Shown piece after piece: positions 11,280-23,021 of a DNA stretch of 64,000 nucleotides. Source of the DNA: Eledone cirrhosa (taxonomy: Eukaryota); assembly GCA_964016885.1 (NCBI GenBank), contig OZ024740.1, positions 289,850,001-289,914,000 on the forward strand. The letters run 5' to 3'. Both the position numbers and the translations under genes were made by a program. The stretch's first letter is position 1; every line of letters begins with the position of its first letter. The notes beneath the pieces were generated by a model. That model saw only the letters and a list, made by a program, of their open reading frames with translations. It was not told the DNA's origin and did not search any database.

Positions 11280-13559
11280 CTATAATGATCGTTCAATTCT
11301 ATCGTTAAGTAGTTTGTTTTTGGATTTTAGTATGTAAAATAGCTCAAGGTTACATAACCTGCAGTACTTCAAACCACTCCGATATGCATTTGCGCTGGAA
11401 AGTATATCCCATTTTAAGGTGAACTGTTGGTTGTGTTCACGGAGTTGCCAGGTCTTGTTGGCGAGCGTGGTCACAAAACGGTGATTCTGATGTTTGATTG
11501 AGAATCGATGACGGTACCAGCGAGATTTAAACGATGTGGTGGTAGATCCGATATAATACCATTTCTGGTCGTCCGATTCAACCGTGCATTGGTAAACAAT
11601 GTTGGACTTTAGGCATTCATTCTGCAATGGACATCTTTCAGGTAGATGGCAGTTACATGCTTTGTTGTGGGTAGCGGGTATACCATGGATAGGTTGTGAT
11701 AGCGGTACAGGTGGGTTGTGCAATACCCGTCTCCCATTTAGTGGTTGGGAGGCAGATATTGCGTTCTGCCCATCTGTTACTAAAATGTTTTGTTTTGTAG
11801 AGTTGTTTAATTGCCTTAAGTTAAGTTTTTTTATGTATGCTTCAAGGTTTGGTGCCGTGGAGTATGATAGTCTAATAGTTTTGGAGTTCAGAATTTTGCT
11901 GTACTTATGGGAACTAGGGAAGTGTTTATTGATTAATTTAAAGAATGAAAGAGATAGTTTTGTACTAATCGAGGCATTAAAAATAGGATTATACCAGATA
12001 TACTTTCTACAACGTGATTTATTTGGTGGTGATCTTCTATTATTAGTATGTCTGGTAGTACAGTGTGTGTGTGCTTGTGTTTTAGTCCCCCGGTTACGTA
12101 TACCTTGATTACGTGTAGAGCTATGCGTGTTGTGGAAATTACTATCGATGTATTCTATTGTATCCCGGTGGTCAGCATTCCTTAATGCATTATTGTAGTA
12201 TTCAGCATGTTCGCTAAAAATATCAGAGTTAGACGATAGGCGAGAGATTCTAAGAGAAATACTCCGGGGAACTGATTTGATCATGGAGAGTGGGTGGTTA
12301 GAGTTAAAGTCAATATACGTGAGGTTCTCATTTACCTTGTGGAAGGGTCGTATCTGTCCGGTATTTAAATTAAGAGTTACGTCCAGAAAGTTTACTACCT
12401 TAAGATTGTATTCGTATGTTATTTTTAGACCCAGTTCACTAAAAGATTTTCTAATATTTTTCCGTAGCCTTTCAAGATTTTGGTTATTCAAGTTATTAAC
12501 TAATAAGAGCCCGTCATCTCTGTATATCCCCCCCTGTAGATTACTAAATCTACTATGTAATATGTGGGCTATGTAAATTCCCACGAGATCCGTGACCTCC
12601 GCCGAGTCGTTGGAACCCATGGTAATATCGAAATTTGTGGGTCTGTCCTTACGTTCCCAGTAGCAGTTATCGAACTTAATAATGGTTTTTCTAGCCTCGA
12701 GAATAATATTAATTTCGTCCTCCGTTAGGTCGGAATTGGCCTTAGCAAACGATAGGGCCTTACGTAAAGTGCTTGGTGAGATGGAAGAGTAGTATTCGTC
12801 TATGTCAAATTGTATAAACTTAGATTTATTCTTATTCTTAACATTATTAAACCAGCGAATTGCTTCGCTAGTGTTGCCCCATAATTTAATTTTAATTTTC
12901 TTTTTCACTTGAGTTATTACTCTGTCAAGTATATGTTTACTAATTTTCCCTATGTCTGATTTAGAAGGGCATATAAGTCTAATCTTAGGGTTAGAGTCAA
13001 AATTTACCTTATGGTCCTTCAGGTTGAAGGTGGGGGTGGCGGGTATAATCGGCTCGGTTCTATCGTCTATCTTGAGATTCTTTACCACTTTGTATGCCTC
13101 GTTGTTAATATTTGCTAGCGTAGTTTCATTTGTTTTTCTATATTTTTTGTGTAGTTCGTTGCGTATGAAGTTATTATACGTATCGATATCCATGGTATAC
13201 ACGTTAGAAGTCTTGTCAGCTTTCACAACAATTCCATTGGTATTTTGCAATCTTCGGAGTAGTGCTTTCATGTTGTTCTGCAGCTCATTATTTCTATGTC
13301 TGTTGAACTTAATGTTCATGGTAGTTTTCAATAAGTCCTGTTCGAAAGCTTCGAGGTGAGGGTTTGTAGGTGGGTTTTTACATGATTTAAAACCATATGA
13401 TTCAGACGAGTGACTGGCGCGTCCTTTATCGAAGTGGAAAGCTTTCCATCGTACACGCCGAATGAAGTCGTTACTGCGTTGAATCATACTGAGAATATAT
13501 TCCCTTTTGTTAGGTATAGGTATGTTTTTAAGTGACATACCTATATGATGCCTTTCCAT
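11280..13559 (-). CDS. Penelope-like reverse transcriptase / GIY-YIG endonuclease (759 aa; probably stop-truncated by ~16 aa)
   Basis: RT motifs KADK, FDIDEYYSSI, ITMGS, YRDDGL, VNFLDVTL and SNHP. Cys motif CNC..CPL..EC, then GIY-YIG-like IVYQC...YYIGST...RW..H, and a C-terminal CRLC...E...LLN. Confidence 0.95.
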   Translation of the reverse strand: MERHHIGMSLKNIPIPNKREYILSMIQRSNDFIRRVRWKAFHFDKGRASHSSESYGFKSCKNPPTNPHLEAFEQDLLKTTMNIKFNRHRNNELQNNMKALLRRLQNTNGIVVKADKTSNVYTMDIDTYNNFIRNELHKKYRKTNETTLANINNEAYKVVKNLKIDDRTEPIIPATPTFNLKDHKVNFDSNPKIRLICPSKSDIGKISKHILDRVITQVKKKIKIKLWGNTSEAIRWFNNVKNKNKSKFIQFDIDEYYSSISPSTLRKALSFAKANSDLTEDEINIILEARKTIIKFDNCYWERKDRPTNFDITMGSNDSAEVTDLVGIYIAHILHSRFSNLQGGIYRDDGLLLVNNLNNQNLERLRKNIRKSFSELGLKITYEYNLKVVNFLDVTLNLNTGQIRPFHKVNENLTYIDFNSNHPLSMIKSVPRSISLRISRLSSNSDIFSEHAEYYNNALRNADHRDTIEYIDSNFHNTHSSTRNQGIRNRGTKTQAHTHCTTRHTNNRRSPPNKSRCRKYIWYNPIFNASISTKLSLSFFKLINKHFPSSHKYSKILNSKTIRLSYSTAPNLEAYIKKLNLRQLNNSTKQNILVTDGQNAISASQPLNGRRVLHNPPVPLSQPIHGIPATHNKACNCHLPERCPLQNECLKSNIVYQCTVESDDQKWYYIGSTTTSFKSRWYRHRFSIKHQNHRFVTTLANKTWQLREHNQQFTLKWDILSSANAYRSGLKYCRLCNLELFYILKSKNKLLNDRIERSL

Positions 13560-13608
13560 ATTAATGCCGTGTGTCGGTGTGGTTGCTCAACTGTGTAGGA
13601 GGCGATTA

Positions 13609-14241
13609 TTAGGTATAGGATTATCCAAGATGTAGTGATGGTTAATTACTACACTGGATATGGTTGACGTACGGTAAGAGGTTACTCTACGAGTTATGGA
13701 AGAATTGTTCAAGAAACTTAGTTCCTGATCCTTCAGTATTCCGGAGTGTATATAAAGAATGAATAATAACAGGTAGACATCATAAAAAGGTATCATAAAA
13801 AGGTAGTTTATTCCGTGTGCTTACAAGTGTTTCCACGGTGGTGCTGCAGCCTAGTTCCGCTACGTGCAAATTCACAAGTATTTGCAGAACTCGAATATCC
13901 AATGCTGTGACCACTGTTTCCTCAGAGCAGAATGGTAAATATACAATGTAAAAACCCTTAAGTGGGGTTGTTGGGGAAGATAGAGTGGAACAGGAAGAGA
14001 GAAAAAAGTAGGGAAGAAGGAGAGAGAAGGAAAGATATGCAGGGGTTGGAGAAGTAGGAGAGAGTGGCTCGTAGATATCTTAATCAAAATGTTATGGTAG
14101 CGGTTTTATTAGTTACTTTTGGAGAGATGCGTAGATAGTTGAGGTCGGAATTATTTATTGACCCAGAGGGCAGGTTCATAGATGTTGAGAGGGAGGTAGG
14201 TCAAAGGTGAGAGAGAGAGTGTAATGGATGTAGAGAGAGAT
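13609..14241 (-). repeat. 5' pseudo-LTR (partial)
   Basis: Direct repeat of 10431-11052, with an extra tandem ATCATAAAAAGGT (~13779-13804) and few other differences. Confidence 0.93.
13818..13929 (-). ncRNA. Hammerhead ribozyme, second pseudo-LTR copy
   Basis: Same sequence as 10627-10738. Confidence 0.7.
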
Positions 14242-14379
14242 CACAGCATTGGATATTCGGTTCTGCAAATACTTGTGAATTTGCACGTAGCGGAACTAGG
14301 CTGCAGCACCACCGTGGAAACACTTGTAAGCACACGGAAGAAACTACCTTTTTATGATGTCTACCTGTTATTATTCATT

Positions 14380-14388
<9 letters not shown>
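14241..14388 (+). repeat. Inverted pseudo-LTR tail
   Basis: Reverse complement of ~10571-10719. It ends at the pseudo-LTR's internal TATATA and runs into (TA)n. Confidence 0.92.
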
Positions 14389-14432
<44 letters not shown>

Positions 14433-14519
14433 AAAATGGAACGGGAACAAAACAGAGAGGCAGTACGAACAAAGGTTTATTAGTTTGTCGCTCTTGAGAG
14501 TGGTGGTGGTGGTGGGGGG

Positions 14520-14560
14520 GGGGGGACGTTTCTGGCATAAGCCCTTCTTCAGGCGAAAAG
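14520..14560 (-). ncRNA. Minimal hammerhead-like motif in a ~190-bp (TA)n-flanked fragment (14428-14617)
   Basis: Minus strand reads CTGAAGA-AGGGC TTAT GCCA-GAAAC-GTC. Confidence 0.55.
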
Positions 14561-14616
14561 TGTGTGGGAAGAGAGTTCCTCCGAGGGTGTGTAGGGGAGT
14601 GGAGGAGAGACATTTA

Positions 14617-14652
<36 letters not shown>

Positions 14653-14718
14653 AGATTGGATGTGCACGGGTGAAAGGTATTTCAACGATAGTTTTGTTCG
14701 GCGCGGGTTGACGTATAC

Positions 14719-14820
<102 letters not shown>

Positions 14821-14969
14821 GAGATAGAAAAGAGAGAGAATAGTGAGATTAGGTTGATTGATGGGTAAATTGATATGTAGTTAAAATATGTATACATACG
14901 TGCGTATGTATACATATGTATATATATGTATATATATGTATATACTGTATATATATATATATATATATA

Positions 14970-15041
<72 letters not shown>

Positions 15042-15157
15042 AGTGAGAGAGAGAGATAGGGAGAGAGAGGGCGAGAGAGAGAATAGTGAGATTAGATTGA
15101 TTGATGAATAAATTGAAATGTAGTTAAACTATGTATACATATGTATATATATGTATA

Positions 15158-15212
<55 letters not shown>

Positions 15213-15360
15213 GTGTGTGTGTGTGTGTGTATATATATGTATATATTCTGGCAATATTATATCAACATGACCCTCCCAAAATATAACAATATAACAATAT
15301 ATATATATATATGGAATTATGTAATTAAATGATGTACAAATAAAACGGCCTTTCTTATTT

Positions 15361-15444
<84 letters not shown>

Positions 15445-15990
15445 GAGGAGAGTCATATTGTTATAATATTACCAGAAATAATAATAGAACACACCCACTA
15501 ACTTTAAATACTTCCTTGATTTCTCAACCGCCTAATAACTATTAATGGAGCTCGCACATAAAGCAAACTGTAATATTTCTTAATAGAAAATTTAAAGATA
15601 GGAATGCATTGTACAATATATTTACTATAATAACATGGCCAATAATACAGTTGAATTTATCTTTATATACCCTTAACATTACCTGAATTCCAATGCTATG
15701 ATATCTTTGATCTATCTTATCTTAGATCTTTTTTTTTTATTGTATCTTTAAACAATATCTTTTTATACATAATATGCTCAAATTTTCACTTTTCACCATT
15801 GCTCCTTATAATGTTTTCTGTAGCATAACATCCTTTTGTAACTCCTGATTTTCTATATGATGTCACTGACACTGACAATAGTTATGTATCTATCTAAATA
15901 TATCTACCCTCCATATTTATAATTGTATATAAAACATATATAAGTATAAATATTATTATTACTATTACTACTACTCTCTCTCTCTCCCCC

Positions 15991-16080
<90 letters not shown>

Positions 16081-16087
<7 letters not shown>

Positions 16088-16257
16088 AGAAAACGAAAAA
16101 TCAGTGATGCATCTGGACTTAGTTTATTTCGTGTTACAAATGTTTCGCCGGCATGTAGCTCGAGTCATGATCCTCGAGCTACATGCCGGCGAAACATTCG
16201 TAACACGAAATAAACTAAGTCCAGATGCATCACTGATTTTTCGTTTTCTTTATAATA
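16081..16257. repeat. Fold-back palindrome (~85-bp arms) between (TA)n tracts
   Basis: ATTATAAAGAAAACG...GCCGGCATGTAGCTCGAG / CTCGAGCTACATGCCGGCGAAACATTCGTAAC...CTTTATAAT. It contains a GAAAC-ATTC-GTA hammerhead-like 3' half. Confidence 0.93.
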
Positions 16258-16336
16258 TCTACACTCTACTCTGATGAATATTGAGTGCTAATTTTGACAT
16301 ACCGCACATGGAAGCACCATAGCTACCATTATATAC

Positions 16337-16398
<62 letters not shown>

Positions 16399-16789
16399 GC
16401 ATAATCGGAGAAAGCTAATAGCGATACTCCGACCAAATTCCAACTCACTCAACAAACATTAGGAAATACCTGAGTATATTCCCAATTAAACGTTTGGGGT
16501 GCTAACTATATTGTATTGTGTGGATAATTGGCTGTATTATTTCATATGAGATATATCAAATATATCATTTCCCAGACGGACGACTCGTTTCATTATAAGA
16601 TTTCTACAAGTTGGGTGAAAATACACCAAGTTATGTAGAAGCTTGTATAAGATCAACAGATACTTATACAAGTGGGCTCTTATAAATCTTCAGTGGGTAA
16701 CCCAATAATATTAATATTGATAACCAAATCAACATCAATATTTAGCGATAATCACCATCAGATATATATATATATGAAAAATGTCAGAA

Positions 16790-17054
16790 ACCTGACGGCT
16801 GAGTCCCTGCTACTTCGACAGGTAGATCCGGATCTAGCTAGTTCGGATATAGCTGTCGAAACGGCCGGAGCTCGGCCGTCGGGGTCCTGACTGTTTATGT
16901 ATTACCCACCCTGCAACCCTACGTATTGAGTACTCTGGTGCGTTATGGTCCACCTGGTATCTTACCTCACCCTCTTTGCAGATGGGTAGGGTAAATCTCT
17001 GGGTAACGAAATCAGGTGCCACCTGATTCTGTTACTCGATTTTACCCATCTGCA
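16790..17054 (+). mobile_element. Diverged family B copy 3 with two imperfect fold-backs
   Basis: Family B sequence at ~16845-16970. Hairpins at ~16790-16885 and 16977-17054 (TGCAGATGGGTA...AATCAGGTG / CACCTGATT...TACCCATCTGCA). Confidence 0.7.
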
Positions 17055-17074
17055 TTGTAGAGGCTTCCAAAAGG

Positions 17075-17129
<55 letters not shown>

Positions 17130-18093
17130 ATTATATGGAGATGTGTATATAAGATATATAAATAAACAGTTAGATAAATAAACAGATAGATATATTAGGT
17201 AGTTCGACAGAAACGAAGACTCCATTGATTAAGAAAAGTTAGATAGACAGTTATATAGATAAGAAGATAAGATACAGAGATAGATAAAATAGCTATCTAT
17301 TTACTTATCTATTTTACGTCAGAGGAGATAACTTGCCGTCAGGTAGATTTGTGAGCTATTTTATATGATTGTCAAATATATTACATTACAAAATTTTATT
17401 CCACAATATTGGGTTCTCAACACAAATTGTATATATTTCAGAAGTGTATACAATTGAATAACATAAAAAACAGAAAAGTAGGAAAAACAGATAATAAATA
17501 AAAAATAAAAAAAAAAGCATAAGAAAAAAGCTCTAAAAAAAAGAAAAAGAAAAAAAAAAGAAGATCCAAACCCCAAATGAGGCTAAAACAGATGTATACA
17601 AACACCAAATCATTGAATTCTGACATCAAATAAGTAATGTGATCTGCATAAGTTGTATTTCTAGAAGATTTCTAGTGTGAAAGAATTAAAAGGTAAGGTA
17701 AACGTTGGGTGGGAATAAAATATGATATTGATCCTGCAAAGTAAAATATGTCGAGGAGAAGGGATTTGTAAATGAAAATGGAGATGAGTAGCTTCATTCC
17801 TTCTCTACCAATCACTTATAATGCATATTGGACTTCCGCCGTTTCCGACGACGAAAGTTACACTTATTCGATCAAGGGAACAACAAGCTCGTGAAATTGG
17901 CGTACATATGGCTGAGTATTAACATCCTATAGATGTCACATGTACCCTTAATGTAATTAACTGGGATATTCAGGGTAACAATATGTATCAAGGATCGCTT
18001 TTTGAAACACAAGTACAATCCTGTTTTTTTGCTGAGTACAGCTAAAGTCTATAAGAAATATGTTAGATAGCTACGGTTTCTTTACAACGTAAT

Positions 18094-18303
18094 GGTTTCT
18101 TATATACAAGGCCAGCAATTTTGAGAGGACAGGCAATTAAATCGACCCCAGTGCGTGACTGGTACTTTATTTTATGGACCCTGTAAAGATGAAAGGCATA
18201 GTTAACCTCGGCGAGATTTTGAACTCAGATCATAAAGGGCCGTAACTCTATGCTGCAAAGCACGGCGTCCGACCCTCTACCGATACTGCCAATCCCATGC
18301 CCT
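18094..18303 (-). mobile_element. tRNA-derived SINE with an 18-bp target-site duplication
   Basis: SINE body flanked by GTTTCTTTACAACGTAAT at 18076-18093 and 18304-18321. Confidence 0.9.
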
Positions 18304-18462
18304 GTTTCTTTACAACGTAATAACAGTTAATATGGTGTGGTAAATAAATATGTACATATATCTATAGCAGGTCTGGCTGCATGCTATTTAGCAATCCAAT
18401 ATTGGCAGAACAACGATAAAAGGCTGAGAGGAAAAAGAAAATGAATAACAACAACAATAATG

Positions 18463-18660
18463 ATTTCTAGTATAGGCACAAGGCCAGTAATTTTGGGGGA
18501 GGGGAAAATCGATTAAATCGACTTCAGTACATTACTGGTACTTTATTTTATCGACCCCGTAAGGATGAAAGGCAGGATTTGAACTCAGAACGTAAAGGGC
18601 CGTAACACTATGCCGCAAAGAATGTTGTCTGACGCTCTACCGATACTGTCAATCCACCTC
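18463..18660 (-). mobile_element. tRNA-derived SINE
   Basis: ACTGGTACTTTATTTTATCGACCCCGTAAGGATGAAAGGCA...GATTTGAACTC. Confidence 0.88.
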
Positions 18661-18829
18661 TTTCACCATGGCCATCGGGCAGATAATAATAATGATAGTG
18701 ATTATGATGATGATGATGATGATGATGGTAAAAATGATTTCTTTACTATCAACACAGGGCTCATATTAAGAACATTAGGGACTGCACAGAATGGCGCATG
18801 ACGATATAATGTGGGCCTTTGCGTGTAAA

Positions 18830-19200
18830 CATTTTAACGAAAACAATGAAAACTGTAAAATTTAAACAGAAACAAAATCTCTAACAGGGGGACATTTTCG
18901 ATGATCACTCGCGGAGAAAGCACACAAAAATCCATGCTCACCATAACCGCTAGGGCAAATGTCCTCCTCCAATTTACAAGCGCATACTTAGAGCAGGCCC
19001 ATACACTTTCAACCACTTTTTCAAAAAACTGGTTGGAATGATTTTTCCTTTCTTGTGAAACCTGAAAATGTTAATCAGGGCTTCGCCGAAGAGGAAAGTG
19101 TTGTCTTCAATCCTTTCAAACATGTCCATCACACGACCTCTTTCGCCATGGCCAACAGGCAGATAAAAGCTACCAGTTTGTTCCGATTTATTTCTCTATG
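18830..19200 (-). pseudogene. Degenerate L1/Tx1-like ORF2 C-terminus
   Basis: Minus strand, with frameshifts and a stop, gives FICLLAMAK..VV*WT.LKGL...TFLFGEALINIFRFH. This aligns by eye with the 23600-23878 fragment. Confidence 0.5.
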
Positions 19201-19509
19201 TATTGATTACTTTTAATCTTGCCAACCGAATGGTATTTATTTCGCTAATAAGTTTGAATCCTGTTCGTTACTTTTGTCAATCTTCCAGTCCCTTTAATCC
19301 GTATTGTCTATATTGCAACCAAAGTTCGATCAAGTAATCGTATTAGAATTAACTTTATTGTTTATTGGTTTTAAATTGAAACACTCCTAGAGGGAGTTTT
19401 TTTCTATTAATTGCATGCATATTCTCTGCTGAATGAAGATTCTCAACTCTCTATCTTACATTGGTGAAACTCTATTTTTGCGTACCTCAGCCATACTGTT
19501 GTTAAACTA

Positions 19510-20131
19510 CAAATCCCGCCGAGGTTGACTTTGCCTTTCATCCTTACGGGGTCGATAAAATAAAGTACCAGTGATGCACTGGGTAATTGCTGGCCTTGTG
19601 CCTAAAGTAGAAACAGTTATTAACGGAAAGTAAATAATGTGGCGTTGTGGCGTACATTAGAGATGTAAAGAAGATGAACTTGCATCAGCCGAGAATGAAA
19701 CTGTGTTAGAGTCCCAGTGTTGCACTATGGCTCTCACTACATTAATATATATATATATGAGGGCGGTGGATTGGTAGTATCGGTAGAGGGTCGGTCATCA
19801 TGCTTTGACGCATAGAGTTACGGCCCTTGTCATTCTGAGTTCAAATCCCGCCGAGGTTAACTTACGGGGTCGATAAAATAAAGTACCAGTAATGTTCTGG
19901 TGGATTGGTGGCCTTGTGCCAATAGTAGAAACAATTATAGTAGGGCGGTGGATTGGCAGTATCGGTAGAGGGTCGGACGCCATGCTTTGCAGCACGGTTA
20001 CGTCCCTTTACGGACTGAGTTCAAATCCCGCCGAGGTTAACTTTGCCTTTCATCCTTACGGGGTCGATAAAATAAAGTACCAGTAATACACTGGCCTAAT
20101 TGCTGGCCTTGTGCCAAAAGTAGAAACAATT
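19510..20131 (+). mobile_element. SINE cluster: partial copy 19510-19620 and tandem copies 19761-19937 and 19943-20131
   Basis: GGGCGGTGGATTGGCAGTATCGG (A-box-like)...GAGTTCAAATCCC (B-box)...GGGGTCGATAAAATAAAGTACCAGT. Confidence 0.9.
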
Positions 20132-20429
20132 AATATATATATGTTCCACTTGACTGAAAACACAAGCTTTATATGTTAAGAGTGAAGAAATAGGAAATGT
20201 GGAGTTTAACCCTTTTGATACCATATTGCTTGACACCATCCCCGGTCCTACAACACTAAGCTGTATATAAGTATATAAGGGATTATATTTATCGAAGAAT
20301 ATTCCCGAAAGGGCCGTAACTCTACGCTGCAAAGCATGTTGTCCGACGCCCTACCTACACTGCCAATCCATCGCCCTTATAGCACAACCAATAATACCAA
20401 CGCCAATAACATCGTCATGGCCGCCGACG

Positions 20430-20683
20430 CGGACAGCAGCAGCAGCAGCAGCAGCAGCACCACCACTACCACCATCAACACCTGACTATACCATCACCCC
20501 AACCACAACTACTATCACCAAGACAACCAACATCAACATCATCAGCCATATTACAATTATCAATTGTATTATATTTAAATGACAAAAAGTCGAAAGAACA
20601 ATAACACATGAAATGAAAAAAACAAACGCCATTAACAACGGTGAAAACTACAAGGTCAACCACATTGACAGCAGCAGCAACAC

Positions 20684-20733
<50 letters not shown>

Positions 20734-20950
20734 ACACCACCAACAACAGCAGCAACATCAGTAACATCATCATCATCATCATCATCATCATCAGCAACAG
20801 CAGCAACAGCAGCAACACCAGCAACAGGATCACCTGCAGCAGCAACACCAGCAACAGCAGCTGCAACAGGATCACCTGCAACAGCAACATCAGTAACAGC
20901 AGCAGCAACACCAGTAACACCACCAACAACAACAGCAGCAACCACAGTAA

Positions 20951-20985
<35 letters not shown>

Positions 20986-21289
20986 GCAACAGCAGCAACA
21001 CCAGCAACATGATCACCTGCAGCAGCAACACCAGCAACAGCAGCTGCAACAGGATCACCTGCAACAGCAACATTAGTAACAGCAGCAGCAGTAACACCAG
21101 TAACACCACCAACAACAGCAGCAGCAACCACAGTAACATCATCATCATCATCATCATCAGCAACAGCAGCAGCAACAGCAGCAACAGCAGCAACACCAGC
21201 AACAGGATCACCTGCAGCAGCAACATCAGTAACAGCAGCAGCAGTAACACCAGTAACACCACCAACAACAGCAGCAGCAACATAAGTAA

Positions 21290-21324
<35 letters not shown>

Positions 21325-21570
21325 GCAACAGCAGCAACACCAGCAACAGGATCACCTGCAGCAGCAACACCAGCAACAGCAGCTGCAACAGGATCACCTG
21401 CAGCAGCAACATTAGTAACAGCAGCAGTAACACCAGTAACACCACCAACAACAGCAGCAGTAACATCAGTAACATCATCATCATCAGCAGCAGCAGCAGC
21501 AGTAGCAGCAACAGCAGCAACAGCAGCAGCAACGACAACAATAACAACAACTACAGTGATTACTACGACT
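20430..21570. repeat. Composite CAG/CAA/CAT trinucleotide minisatellite (~5 units of 150-190 bp)
   Basis: Recurrent AACACCACCAACAAC, (CAT)n and ACAGGATCACCTGC modules. Confidence 0.92.
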
Positions 21571-21710
21571 GACAATAACCAGAATATAACAACAAGAACA
21601 CATGAAATACAAAAGAACGTAAATAGGGTTTACAATATTATGGGTGCATTACTAAAGAATAAAATACAGACATATACTGACACACATAGATATAGATAGA
21701 CACGTACACA

Positions 21711-21761
<51 letters not shown>

Positions 21762-21767
21762 TATAAT

Positions 21768-22071
21768 GGTTTTGGGGGAAGGGAACCAATTAAATCGACC
21801 CCAATGCGCCACTGGTACATCATTTTATCGACTCCGTATGGATGAAAGGTAAAGCTAATCTTGGCAGGATTTGAACTAAAAACGTAAAGGGCGATAACTA
21901 TACGCAGCAAAGCATGTCAATCCACCATATAACAATTGTTTCTAGATTTGGCACAAGGCCAGCAATTTGAAGGAAAGCGGAAAGTCGGTTACATCAAACG
22001 AAGTGTGTTACTTGTACTTAAATTTTCGACCCCCAAAGCTTGTTGTTCGACGCTCTACCCATACTGCCAAT
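21768..22071 (-). mobile_element. Two diverged SINE copies (21768-21927 and 21936-22071)
   Basis: TAAATCGACCCC...ACTGGTAC...GGATTTGAACT, and GGCACAAGGCCAGCAATTT. Confidence 0.8.
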
Positions 22072-22126
22072 CGTATATTATTAACAATAAACTTTTGTAT
22101 GTATATATATATACACACACACACAT

Positions 22127-22190
<64 letters not shown>

Positions 22191-22272
22191 GTAATAATTG
22201 TATCAATATATATATATATATACATACACACATATATATATATATATGTATATATATTTATATATATATATA

Positions 22273-22400
22273 TAACGAAGTAAGTGTGGTAAGGAACCAG
22301 GTGGACCATAACGCACCAGAGTACTCAATACTTAGGGTAGTAGAGTGAGAGTGGGTAATAGGAAAATGTTCAAAACCCCGACGGTAGAGCTCAAGCCGTT
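22273..22400 (-). mobile_element. Family B copy 4
   Basis: (TA)n-ACGAAG...GGAACCAGGTGGACCATAACGCACCAGAGTACTC...GAGCTCAAGCCGTT. Confidence 0.85.
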
Positions 22401-22530
22401 TATAAAATGTGGGTATTATTAAATATTATCCAATTACAAGTATGATAATAGCTCAATGTAAAATAACAAGTATATTAAAGAGCTGAAATACTTTATAAAC
22501 AACAATCAAAGAGTGTTTAAAACATTTAAT

Positions 22531-22580
22531 CACTTACGATCGTTTTATCTTAGCACAAGGCCGGATTCATCGGAGTATAT
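22531..22580 (-). ncRNA. Degenerate hammerhead relic
   Basis: Minus strand reads ACT-CCGATGA-ATC...GAT-AAAAC-GATC-GTA-AGT. Two core bases are substituted; stems I and II still pair. Confidence 0.45.
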
Positions 22581-22966
22581 AATAAAGGTTGAAACACAAA
22601 TATAATATCAGAAGTTTGTCACAAGAATATTAGGATGATACATAATATGGGAAGTAAGCATAAATTTCAAACATTTAGGAAAGAAAAGATATCAAACGTG
22701 GAAGAAGTATATGAAAAGTATGAGCATATAAATGTAATAAAATAAAATTAGGAGCCGCTAAAAGCATAAAAAAATGTTTAAAACATGTTGCTATAGAAAG
22801 GTTAAGTATTGTGTAAGACATATATCATAATTAGTAAATAAACATATATCGTGTGCAGTTTTAAGTATATATATATATATCCCACTCTCAAGCGTGAAAC
22901 TAATTTTAACATTTTGTACTGCCTCTTCACTTCCACGTTGTTGTTTTTATGTTTACTGTTTCAGCT

Positions 22967-23021
<55 letters not shown>

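Larger units (their letters stand above)
10431..14388 (-). mobile_element. Near full-length Penelope-like retroelement (C-terminal EN type) inserted in (TA)n
   Basis: A single RT+GIY-YIG ORF between ~620-bp direct pseudo-LTRs, an inverted pseudo-LTR tail at the 5' end, and (TA)n on both sides. Confidence 0.95.

Noticed and set aside
11599-13359. Plus-strand ORFs of 99-169 aa
   Set aside because: They are antisense shadows of the PLE ORF.
11280-13559. Naiad-type selenoprotein PLE
   Set aside because: The endonuclease is C-terminal, the ORF has no in-frame TGA, and the interrupting stop is TAG.
16271-16320. CTGATGA as a hammerhead start
   Set aside because: There is no convincing stem II or GAAA downstream.
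19761-20131. tRNA genes
   Set aside because: A/B-box-like motifs are present, but there is no cloverleaf and they continue into the SINE body.
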